A stretch of 58,103 nucleotides of DNA from Bacillota bacterium (GTDB lineage: Bacteria > Bacillota > Clostridia > Christensenellales > SZUA-584). The notes under the pieces are model-generated. The model was not told where the DNA came from. It saw nothing but the letters and a program-made list of their open reading frames with translations, and made no database searches. Location of the stretch: contig JAEWWC010000058.1 of the NCBI GenBank assembly GCA_023396555.1, forward strand, positions 1-58,103, in the 5' to 3' direction. Positions 28,870-37,194 of this stretch are shown here, one piece after another; within the stretch, counting starts at the first letter, position 1; every line of letters begins with the position of its first letter. The translations under genes were made by a program, and so were the position numbers.

Positions 28870-28971
28870 GAAAGGTTGCACTTTGGGCCCAGCTACAGTA
28901 CAATTTGGGAAGCAATATTTTGGCGGCCAGCAGCCGATATTATGGATACAAGGATAGAGAAGGAGAAGAAC

Positions 28972-29964
28972 ATGCTGAACAACAAATCGATATTGATCAC
29001 CGGGGGGACGGGATCCTTCGGCAACCATTTTACCCAATACGTATTGGACCATTATGATCCCAAGAAGATCGTGATATATTCCCGTGACGAATATAAACAG
29101 TTTGTGATGTCCAACGCGTTTCGGGCTCATGCGGACAAGCTGCGGTTCTTTATCGGTGATGTGCGCGACAAGGAACGCCTCGTGCGCGCGCTGGACGGCA
29201 TCGATTTTGTGATACACGCCGCGGCATTAAAACAGGTGCCCGCGTGTGAGTATAACCCTATCGAAGCGGTGCGCACCAACATCGACGGCGCCATCAACGT
29301 GGTTAACGCGGCGCTGGATACCGGCGTGTCGCGCGTGGTGGCGCTGTCCACCGACAAGGCGGTGAACCCGATCAACCTGTATGGCGGCACCAAACTTGTA
29401 TCGGACAAGCTGTTTACTGCCGCCAATGCGTATGCGGGCAGTAAGGACATCCGTTTCTCCATCGTGCGCTACGGAAACGTGGCGGGCAGCCGCGGTTCCG
29501 TCATCCCCTTCTTCAAGGGGATGATCGAAAAAGGCGAGAAAGCGCTGCCGATCACAGACTACCGCATGACGCGGTTCTGGATAAGTCTGGAGCAGGGCAT
29601 CGAGCTGGTTATCAAGGCATTGAAGCTTTCGCACGGCGGAGAAACGTTCATCTCCAAAATACCCTCGTTTAAGATCACCGATCTGGCGCAGGCAATGCTG
29701 CCCGGATGCGAGATGCCTGAGGTAGGCATTCGTGAGGGGGAGAAACTGCACGAGGTGATGGTGACACGGGACGACTCGGCTAACACCTACGAATATGATG
29801 ACAGCTATGTCATCTATCCCCACTACACCTGGTGGGATAAAGCTCACATGATCCCCGGCGGCAAAAAGGTGGAGACAGGCTTTGAGTATAGCTCCGGCAC
29901 CAACAAGGAGTGGCTGTCGGTAGAACAGCTTCAGGAATTACTGGTTCAGGTGCATAAGGGGTGA
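28972..29964 (+). CDS. pseB: UDP-N-acetylglucosamine 4,6-dehydratase (inverting), PseB/FlaA1-type
   Basis: ATG at 28972 after AGAAGGAGAAG. MLNNKSILITGGTGSFGN...RFFIGDVRDKERL...DFVIHAAALKQVP..EYNP.E...TNI.GA.NV...STDKAVNPINLYGGTKL.SDKLF...RYGNVAGSRGSVIPFF...LPITD.RMTRFWISLE is collinear with C. jejuni PseB as I remember it. Confidence 0.9.
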   Translation: MLNNKSILITGGTGSFGNHFTQYVLDHYDPKKIVIYSRDEYKQFVMSNAFRAHADKLRFFIGDVRDKERLVRALDGIDFVIHAAALKQVPACEYNPIEAVRTNIDGAINVVNAALDTGVSRVVALSTDKAVNPINLYGGTKLVSDKLFTAANAYAGSKDIRFSIVRYGNVAGSRGSVIPFFKGMIEKGEKALPITDYRMTRFWISLEQGIELVIKALKLSHGGETFISKIPSFKITDLAQAMLPGCEMPEVGIREGEKLHEVMVTRDDSANTYEYDDSYVIYPHYTWWDKAHMIPGGKKVETGFEYSSGTNKEWLSVEQLQELLVQVHKG

Positions 29965-29969
29965 GTGGA

Positions 29970-30710
29970 ATGGCGAAAACGGTTGCTGTGATACAGGCGC
30001 GCGTGGGGTCGACAAGGCTGCCCGGCAAGGTGCTAAAGCTGCTGCATGGCAAAACCGTGTTGGCGCATGTGATTGAAAGGGTGCGGCAGGCCGCGGAGGT
30101 GGTCGAAATCGTGATCGCCACGACCGTCTCGCCAGGCGACGATGCGATTGTTGACGAGGCGTTGCGTTGCGCCACAACGGTGTTCCGCGGCAGCGAGGAG
30201 GATGTGCTGAGCCGTTATTACGGCGCGGCGGCGGAATCTGGTGCGAATATCGTGGTGCGCGTCACATCGGACTGCCCGCTGATCGACCCGCAGGTGATGG
30301 ACGAAATCATCAGGTTTTTTAAGAGGAATGATTATGACATCGTGACGAACGCCGCCAGCGATATATCCAAGCGGACTTATCCGCGTGGGCTGGATACCGA
30401 GGTGTTTTCGTTTTCCGCGCTGGAGGAGGCTGCAAACAAGGCGGACAAGCAGTATCAGCACGAGCACGTAACGCCCTATATCTACGAGCACGGCCGCGCC
30501 TATTATCACATGAATGACACTGACTATTCGCGCTACCGCTGGACGCTGGACACCGAGGAGGACTGGCGACTGATCGAAGCGCTGTACGACAGCCTTTATA
30601 AGGGCCGGCATGACTTTTATTTGCCGGACATATTGGACGTGATGCAGCGGCGGCCGGAGTTGTTTGATATCAACAAGGATATTGGGCAGAAAAAGCTGGG
30701 AACGGAGTAG
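29970..30710 (+). CDS. Nonulosonate cytidylyltransferase (SpsF/CTP_transf_3-type; PseF role)
   Basis: MAKTVAVIQARVGSTRLPGKVLKLL.GKTVLAHVIERV is an SpsF-like cytidylyltransferase N-terminus. The gene lies between pseB and pseI. Confidence 0.7.
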   Translation: MAKTVAVIQARVGSTRLPGKVLKLLHGKTVLAHVIERVRQAAEVVEIVIATTVSPGDDAIVDEALRCATTVFRGSEEDVLSRYYGAAAESGANIVVRVTSDCPLIDPQVMDEIIRFFKRNDYDIVTNAASDISKRTYPRGLDTEVFSFSALEEAANKADKQYQHEHVTPYIYEHGRAYYHMNDTDYSRYRWTLDTEEDWRLIEALYDSLYKGRHDFYLPDILDVMQRRPELFDINKDIGQKKLGTE

Positions 30711-30714
30711 AAGC

Positions 30715-31773
30715 GTGAACACTATTGCAATATGCGACCGTTTAATCGGTGAGGGATATCCGGCGTATATCATCGCTGAAATGTCTGCTAATCATGCAGG
30801 GAGCATGAACAATGCTAGAAAAATCATCCGCGCTGCGAAGGACGCCGGAGCCGATTGTATAAAGGTGCAGACGTATACTGCGGACACGCTTACCATCAAT
30901 TGTGACAACGAATTCTTCTCAATAAAGGACGGCCTGTGGAAGGGGGAAACGCTGTACAGCCTTTACGGCAAAGCGTACACGCCGTGGGAGTGGCAGGCCG
31001 AGATGAAGGCTGAGGCGGAGAACATCGGGCTGGACTTCTTCTCCACACCTTTTGACAACTCGGCAGTGGATTTTCTCGAAGATATCAGTGTGAAATTCTT
31101 CAAAATCGCTTCGTTTGAGCTAGTGGATATTCCGCTGATACAATATGTGGCGTCCAAGGGCAAGCCGGTGATAATTTCCACCGGCATGGCAAGCTTTGAC
31201 GAGATACGGGACGCCGTGGACGCGGTACGGTCGCAGGGAAATGAATCGCTGGCGTTGATGAAATGCTCCAGCGCTTACCCCGCCGTTCCGGATGACATGA
31301 ACCTCAGAACGCTTCAGCACATAGCGGACACTTTTCAAGTTCCCGTCGGTTTATCGGATCATTCGCTGGGTTCCATCAGCGCTGTTACGGCTGTGGCGCT
31401 GGGCGCGTGCATCATCGAAAAGCACTTCTGCCTGAGTCGCGGACTGGAGAATCCGGACGCGGCATTTTCCATGGAGCCGGACGAATTCTCGCAGATGGTA
31501 AAGGATATCCGTACCGCGGAGAAGGCGATAGGGAAAGCCGGCTACGATATTTCCGAAAAGGAGAAGGACAGCCTGCGCTTCCGGCGGTCCCTGTTCGTCG
31601 TAAAGGATATCGGCAAAGGCGAGGCGCTGACGGCAGAAAACGTACGCAGCATCCGACCGGGACAGGGGATGAAGCCCAAGCACTACTTTGAAATATTGGG
31701 GAGGAAGGCGGCACAGGATATCAAAGCCGGTACGCCCCTGCAATTTGATCTGATTGAGGGCGGCGGGAAATGA
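30715..31773 (+). CDS. pseI: Pseudaminic acid synthase (NeuB family with a C-terminal SAF domain)
   Basis: GTG at 30715 after GGAG. IGEGYPAYIIAEMSANHAGS...AKDAGADCIKVQTY...FKIASFELVDIPLI...GKPVIISTGMA...LMKCSSAYPA...GLSDHSLG, followed by a SAF-type tail. Confidence 0.85.
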   Translation: MNTIAICDRLIGEGYPAYIIAEMSANHAGSMNNARKIIRAAKDAGADCIKVQTYTADTLTINCDNEFFSIKDGLWKGETLYSLYGKAYTPWEWQAEMKAEAENIGLDFFSTPFDNSAVDFLEDISVKFFKIASFELVDIPLIQYVASKGKPVIISTGMASFDEIRDAVDAVRSQGNESLALMKCSSAYPAVPDDMNLRTLQHIADTFQVPVGLSDHSLGSISAVTAVALGACIIEKHFCLSRGLENPDAAFSMEPDEFSQMVKDIRTAEKAIGKAGYDISEKEKDSLRFRRSLFVVKDIGKGEALTAENVRSIRPGQGMKPKHYFEILGRKAAQDIKAGTPLQFDLIEGGGK

Positions 31774-33266
31774 CGCCGTTTTATCTGCGGAAGGCCGAAT
31801 GGACCGACGCCAGAACGCTGCTCGACTGGGCCAACGACCCGGATACCCGGAGGAACTCCTTTCGTTCAGACGGGATAACATGGGAGGAGCATATCGGCTG
31901 GTTTGAAGCCTGTCTGAAAAATCCCAATATCGATTTTTATATCTGCTGCTGCGAGGACCAGCCCGTCGGCCAGGTGCGCCTGAACTGTGAAGGCGAAATT
32001 GGTGTGGTGAGCTACAGCATCGCCAGGGAAGCCCGCGGACAGGGCATCGGCAGCCAGATCATACAACTGATTGAAAAGGAGGCCCTCAGATCGAGGCCGG
32101 AGCTGACGACACTGTCGGGCAGCGTCAAGACGGAAAACGTCGCCTCGCAACGGATATTTGAGAAGAATGGCTATCGGAAGGAGACCGTTCAAGCGTCGGA
32201 GCCGTATTTGCGTTATATCAAGGCGCTGACGCGGCGGCCTGCCATCGGCATACGCGTAGACGCGAATAGCCATATCGCCACCGGACATATGATGCGCTGT
32301 CTGTCCATCGCGGCGGCGGTGAGGAAGACGGGGGCGGACTGCGTCTTTTTTACGGCGGAACGCGAGGCCGCCCGTTATGCGGAGGATCGCGGTTTTGAGT
32401 GTGTGCCGCTGGATTCGCAGTGGGACGACCTTGAGCCAGAGGCGGACAGGCTGCGGAGTGCGCTACGGGAGCGGGGTATCGGTAAACTGCTTGTCGATAC
32501 GTATTACGCTACGCCCGCATATCTTGAAAGGCTCCGTACGGGCGTCAGCGCCATCTATATGGACGATCTTAATGCGTTTTTCTGTCCGGCGGACATGCTG
32601 ATAAACTACAACATATACAGTGGCCTGTTCGATTATCCCCGGCTGTATCGGAACACCGGAACGCGCCTGCTGCTGGGCTGCGACTATGCGCCGCTGCGCG
32701 AAGAGTTCCGCGGACTGCCGCCCGTTGCCCGTGATAGCGTCCGCAGGGTGCTGATCACGACGGGTGGTACGGATCCGTACAACGTGGCGGGTAAGCTGCT
32801 GAAGCGTATAGGTGAGTGCGGACTGTTCGGTGGCGTGGAGTTTCATGTGATCGCGGGGCGGTTGAATGCGCAACTTGATAGTCTGAAGGCGCTGTCGGAA
32901 AAGCGGCCCGGCTTTGTGGTGTATTCGAACGCGCAGCGCATGGCGGAGCTGATGCGAAGCTGTGATCTGGCGGTGTCGGCGGGCGGCTCAACACTGTACG
33001 AGCTGTGCGCTTGCGGATTGCCGACCGTCACGCTCTCCATGGCGGACAACCAGCTGTACGCCGTGAGGGAGTTTGCCGTGCAGGGGCTGATGCCGTATGC
33101 GGGCGACATGCGCGCGGATGAATCGGCGTGCGTTGGGGCCGTGCTGGCCGCGCTAACTGCGCTGACGGAGGATAAGGAACGCCGCAGGCAGACTGCGCAG
33201 GGCATGAGGCTGCTGGTGGATGGAAACGGCGCGGGGCGCATCGCGGATGCCATTGCCGCGCTTTAA
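31770..33266 (+). CDS. Bifunctional PseH-like GNAT N-acetyltransferase (N-terminal) / PseG-like UDP-sugar hydrolase (C-terminal)
   Basis: Residues ~1-160 form a GNAT fold (VGQVRLN...ARGQGIGSQIIQLIEKEA...ENVASQRIFEKNGY). Residues ~165-498 are PseG-like GT-B (IGIRVDANSHIATGHMMRCLSIAAAV...LITTGGTDPYN...VSAGGSTLYELCACGLP). Confidence 0.8.
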   Translation: MTPFYLRKAEWTDARTLLDWANDPDTRRNSFRSDGITWEEHIGWFEACLKNPNIDFYICCCEDQPVGQVRLNCEGEIGVVSYSIAREARGQGIGSQIIQLIEKEALRSRPELTTLSGSVKTENVASQRIFEKNGYRKETVQASEPYLRYIKALTRRPAIGIRVDANSHIATGHMMRCLSIAAAVRKTGADCVFFTAEREAARYAEDRGFECVPLDSQWDDLEPEADRLRSALRERGIGKLLVDTYYATPAYLERLRTGVSAIYMDDLNAFFCPADMLINYNIYSGLFDYPRLYRNTGTRLLLGCDYAPLREEFRGLPPVARDSVRRVLITTGGTDPYNVAGKLLKRIGECGLFGGVEFHVIAGRLNAQLDSLKALSEKRPGFVVYSNAQRMAELMRSCDLAVSAGGSTLYELCACGLPTVTLSMADNQLYAVREFAVQGLMPYAGDMRADESACVGAVLAALTALTEDKERRRQTAQGMRLLVDGNGAGRIADAIAAL

Positions 33267-33284
33267 GCGATTTTGGAGGACGAA

Positions 33285-34409
33285 ATGTTTATACCCTACG
33301 GAAGACAATGCATTGAGGAAGACGATATACAGGCGGTTGCGGAGGTACTTCGGTCGGATTTTCTGACGACCGGCCCCAAGGCGGCGGAGTTTGAGCAGGT
33401 GATGACGGCATACACCGGAGCGAAGCATGCGGTCGCCATTAGCAACGGCACCGCGGCGCTGCATGCGGCCTGCCTCGCGGCGGGTATCGGCGAGGGCGAC
33501 GAGGTGATCACCTCGGCCATCACGTTCGCTGCGTCGGCCAACTGCACGTTGTTCTGCGGCGGCCGTCCGGTGTTCGCGGACATCGAACCGGCCACGTACA
33601 ACATCGATCCTGAGGATATCCGGCGTAAGATTACGGGCCGGACGAAGGCCATAATACCGGTGCATTTCACCGGGCAGCCGTGCGACATGGACGCCATTCA
33701 CGCCATCGCGGACGAATGCGGCCTTATGGTGATCGAGGATGCCGCACACGCGCTGGGGGCGGAATACAAGGGCAAAAGGATCGGCGCGTTGTCCGACATG
33801 ACCACGATGAGCTTCCATCCCGTCAAGCATATATCGACGGGCGAGGGCGGTATGATACTGACGAATGACGATGAGCTGATCAAAAGGCTGGTGCTCTTCC
33901 GTTCGCATGGCATCACGCGCGATGACAGCCTGATGAACCGCAACGAGGGCGGCTGGTACTATGAACAGCTTGAACTGTCCACCAACTACCGCATCACCGA
34001 CTTCCAGTGCGCACTGGGCATCAGCCAGATGAAAAAGCTGGACCGCTTTGTGCAGCGCCGCCGCGAAATCGCCCGGCGTTACGACGAGGCGTTCGCGGGG
34101 CTGGAGGGCATTGTGACGCCATGGCAGTCGCCCGACGGGTACAACAGCTACCATCTCTATGTGATACAGGTGACGCACATGCCCCGGAAGGAAGCGTTCG
34201 ACAGGCTCCGCGCGGCGGGGATCGGTGTTAATGTCCACTATATTCCCGTCTATAAGCACCCTTATTATCAGGCAAACGGTTATGTGGGCGTTTCGTGCCC
34301 CAACGCCGAAGCGCTGTATGAGAGGATGATCAGCCTGCCCATGTTCCCGCTGTTGACAGACGAGCAGCAGGATTACGTGATCGCGCAGGTGCGCGCGCTG
34401 CACGGGTGA
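33285..34409 (+). CDS. pseC: UDP-4-amino-4,6-dideoxy-N-acetyl-beta-L-altrosamine transaminase (DegT family)
   Basis: ATG at 33285 after GGAGG. MFIPYGRQCIEEDDIQAVAEVLRSDFLTTGPK...AISNGTAALHAA...SFHPVKHISTGEGGMILTND is typical of PseC. Confidence 0.85.
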   Translation: MFIPYGRQCIEEDDIQAVAEVLRSDFLTTGPKAAEFEQVMTAYTGAKHAVAISNGTAALHAACLAAGIGEGDEVITSAITFAASANCTLFCGGRPVFADIEPATYNIDPEDIRRKITGRTKAIIPVHFTGQPCDMDAIHAIADECGLMVIEDAAHALGAEYKGKRIGALSDMTTMSFHPVKHISTGEGGMILTNDDELIKRLVLFRSHGITRDDSLMNRNEGGWYYEQLELSTNYRITDFQCALGISQMKKLDRFVQRRREIARRYDEAFAGLEGIVTPWQSPDGYNSYHLYVIQVTHMPRKEAFDRLRAAGIGVNVHYIPVYKHPYYQANGYVGVSCPNAEALYERMISLPMFPLLTDEQQDYVIAQVRALHG

Positions 34410-35977
34410 CGGAACTGCTGCCGGAAAACCGGAGTAAAGGAAGGCTGGCGGCATTTCTCCGGAACAGATTCTATGAGGTTTTCTGCGGATTTCCGTTCAT
34501 CGTCGCGCTGGTTTTTGGCGTTATCAGCTTTTTTAATCCGGATATGGACGGGCGTAGGATGAGCCTGTTGCTTGTCCTTGTTTTTTTCGGCCTGTGCGCA
34601 CTTTGGCTCTGGTTTGCCGGAGAGCCGCAGGGCAGGGCCGGCAGGCTGTGGCGCTGGTTGTATATGCCGATGGCGGTATGGGTGTGCGCTGCCGCAATCC
34701 GCATTGCCTGGGCTGTCCATGTCGGCCCATATGTTGAGCCTTTTTCCGATTTTGATTGGGCGTATCAGGCGGCGCTAGGCTCAACTGATTTCATCCGGCA
34801 TCATGCCACGTTTCCTTCGTGGGGGCTGTATGTCGGCTTGATTAGATTAGTTATTAATATTAGTTCGCCCGCATTTATAAGCATTCAGATTTTTAACGCG
34901 TTGGTCAACAGTTTCACAGTCATACTGGTGTACTATATCACTTTGCTCGCTGCTAAGAATTTCAAAGTTGCTGTCGTGGCAGGCCTGATGATGTGCTTTA
35001 TGCCATCAAATATACTTTATACAAGTGTACTAAGCCCGGAAATTCCATCTCTGCTGTTATTACTGCTGGTTATTCTGGGTATGATCGTTACATTCAAGCC
35101 GGAACTGAGATTATGGATACGGGTAATCATTTTGATCAGCGTAGGCGCTGTTTGTGCTGTAGCCAATTATTTAAAGGCCGTAGCGGTTATTGCGATCATC
35201 GCATACGTCATTGCACAGGTGATGTATCTGCGAAAGAGAGATACTGCCCAGGTTGAAGACAAAAAGAAACCATTGATAAAACAAGCGGCAATTGTTGGTC
35301 TGTCAATTGTTTTGATGGCTGTTCCGTTTCTACTGACAACGAAGGCTATAAACCGTTATGTTGAACAGGAACTCGGAGTGTCCATAAACCATAGTCAAAT
35401 GTCGCACTTTCTGTTTGTGGGGCTAAATACCAAAGGGGAGGGGCAGATACATATCGGTGAATACAACCATATGGATCTTGAATTTTTGGCAGAGCATGAC
35501 TATGATTATGAACTGACCGACCAATGGGTCAGGGAGTTTCTCCGCCGTGACTGGTCGGATAACTATGAGGATATCCCTGCACTGTTCTTCAGCAAGATAC
35601 AGTGGGCTTGGCAAGATGATATGATGCCGGCGGCATATACCGGTCAGCAGATTGACAGTACAAACATGGATTCAAGTCAAGTACAAGTAATAGAACAGTA
35701 TGCGCCGTCGTTGTCTCAGGCGTTTTATGTAGTTTTTATGCTTCTGGCCGTAGTAGGTAGTATTGGCATCAGGAAGCAGCATGCAGATAATAATGGCTAT
35801 TTCCTATTGTGCATGTATATTTTCGGCGTTGCGCTGGTACTGTTGCTGAGCGAAGCGCAGTCGCGCTATAAATGTATGGTCACACCTGTGATCTGTATTT
35901 TGTCATCAGTGGGTTTAGAAACAGTCACAAAAGGTATAAAGGAGAGAATTCTACACATATGGGAATCAAGCCATTAA
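34406..35977 (+). CDS. Polytopic GT-C-fold glycosyltransferase (GT39/GT83, ArnT/PMT_2-like; GtrC-type role)
   Basis: GTG start overlapping the pseC stop (GTGA). 523 aa with more than 10 TM helices, an early extracytoplasmic loop with an acidic aromatic motif (PFSDFDWAY) and a large loop near the C-terminus. It is followed by GtrA- and GtrB-like genes. Confidence 0.55.
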   Translation: MTELLPENRSKGRLAAFLRNRFYEVFCGFPFIVALVFGVISFFNPDMDGRRMSLLLVLVFFGLCALWLWFAGEPQGRAGRLWRWLYMPMAVWVCAAAIRIAWAVHVGPYVEPFSDFDWAYQAALGSTDFIRHHATFPSWGLYVGLIRLVINISSPAFISIQIFNALVNSFTVILVYYITLLAAKNFKVAVVAGLMMCFMPSNILYTSVLSPEIPSLLLLLLVILGMIVTFKPELRLWIRVIILISVGAVCAVANYLKAVAVIAIIAYVIAQVMYLRKRDTAQVEDKKKPLIKQAAIVGLSIVLMAVPFLLTTKAINRYVEQELGVSINHSQMSHFLFVGLNTKGEGQIHIGEYNHMDLEFLAEHDYDYELTDQWVREFLRRDWSDNYEDIPALFFSKIQWAWQDDMMPAAYTGQQIDSTNMDSSQVQVIEQYAPSLSQAFYVVFMLLAVVGSIGIRKQHADNNGYFLLCMYIFGVALVLLLSEAQSRYKCMVTPVICILSSVGLETVTKGIKERILHIWESSH

Positions 35978-36402
35978 GGCAGGGTCTTCCGAGGGAAATA
36001 ATACTATACGGCTTGATTGGGGGGGGGTCGGCGGGTACGGATACGCTATTGTTTTGGATGCTGTCCAAAGCCATAAGCCCGTTTGTCGCAAACTGTGTCA
36101 GTGTAACTATGGGTATAACAATCAGCTTTTTACTAAACACGTTTATTAACTTCAAAGTAAAGGACAAGTTTTTTATCAGAGCGGTCAGCTTCTATGCAAT
36201 TGGATTCACGGGTCTGGCGCTCTCCTCGCTGCTTCTTTACCTGGGTATCGAGTTACTCCAAATGGATAACTTAATCGTCAAGATCATCTCAGTTTTTGTC
36301 GTTGCGGCGGTTCAGTTTACTTTAAACAAACTAGTCACATTCAGAAAAGGCATAAAAGGAGAAGCACATGAGTCGTCTGCACATCATCATCCCGGCATAT
36401 AA
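35959..36402 (+). CDS. GtrA-family membrane protein (polyprenyl-P-sugar translocation component)
   Basis: ATG at 35959 after AAGGAGAG. 4 TM helices, with YGLIGGGSAGTDTLLFW...FLLNTFINFK...AAVQFTLNKLVTFRK typical of GtrA. The gene contains a G9 tract at 36019-36027. Confidence 0.75.
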   Translation: MGIKPLRQGLPREIILYGLIGGGSAGTDTLLFWMLSKAISPFVANCVSVTMGITISFLLNTFINFKVKDKFFIRAVSFYAIGFTGLALSSLLLYLGIELLQMDNLIVKIISVFVVAAVQFTLNKLVTFRKGIKGEAHESSAHHHPGI

Positions 36403-37081
36403 CGAGGAATCCAACATCGAAAAAGTGGCGCGAGAGTGGCACCAGGTGGTTGAGAGCCTAGGTGACGAGGGATCGAAGCTGGTTATCATTGATGATGGTT
36501 CCCGCGATAGTACCTTTGAAATTCTTAGCCAGCTTGCGAAGGAGTTAAAATGCCTTCAGCCCATCCGAAAGGAAAACAGTGGTCATGGCGCGACGGTGCT
36601 TTTCGGATACCAGTGGGCTATGCGGGACGGCGCGGACTTCATATTTCAGACGGACTCGGACGGGCAGACGATACCTGACGAGTTCGCAAAGTTCTGGGGG
36701 ATGCGGAACGAATACGACGCGGTTATTGGTCACCGGAAAAACAGGCAGGATGGCTTTTCCCGCATCTTGGTGACTAAGACACTCAAGTTGGTACTGCTGC
36801 TGACATTTGGCGTTCGTATTACGGATGCCAACACGCCTTTTCGGCTAATGAAAAGGGAGCTTCTTGAAAAATATATAAGCAGGGTACCTGATGGGTTTAA
36901 CCTGACAAATGTGCTGCTGACGGTGGCGTTTGTCAGAAACAAAGAAAGAGTGATATTCCTTCCGATCACCTTCCGGCCCAGACAAGGGGGCATTAACTCG
37001 ATCAACCTGAAGAAAATTATACGCATCGGAACGCGCGCGGTTAAGGATTTTCGTCTGGTAAACAAGCAGTCTCGGCTGTAA
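36368..37081 (+). CDS. GT2 polyprenyl-phosphate glycosyltransferase (GtrB/DPM1-like)
   Basis: LHIIIPAYNEESNIEKV...LVIIDDGSRDST...QTDSDGQ... The short, soluble form overlaps the end of gtrA. Confidence 0.75.
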   Translation: MSRLHIIIPAYNEESNIEKVAREWHQVVESLGDEGSKLVIIDDGSRDSTFEILSQLAKELKCLQPIRKENSGHGATVLFGYQWAMRDGADFIFQTDSDGQTIPDEFAKFWGMRNEYDAVIGHRKNRQDGFSRILVTKTLKLVLLLTFGVRITDANTPFRLMKRELLEKYISRVPDGFNLTNVLLTVAFVRNKERVIFLPITFRPRQGGINSINLKKIIRIGTRAVKDFRLVNKQSRL

Positions 37082-37194
37082 ACTATTCATTCGTTTAACA
37101 TTCCCGCTACCAGAAAGAACTTCATCTAGTCGGCGGAGTGGTCGCGTTTGAGTTAATAATTTAAAAAGAGTATTCCTCACCTACCTGACGGCGG

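Noticed and set aside
33153-34454. 433-aa minus-strand ORF antisense to pseC. Similar long antisense or out-of-frame ORFs occur at 14354-15187, 15693-16298, 3727-4692, 29227-30773, 37228-38085, 41480-42085 and 53668-54459.
   Set aside because: Each lies opposite or out of frame to an ORF with strong family motifs. They have no RBS and an Arg/His/Pro-rich composition, so they are GC-driven open frames.
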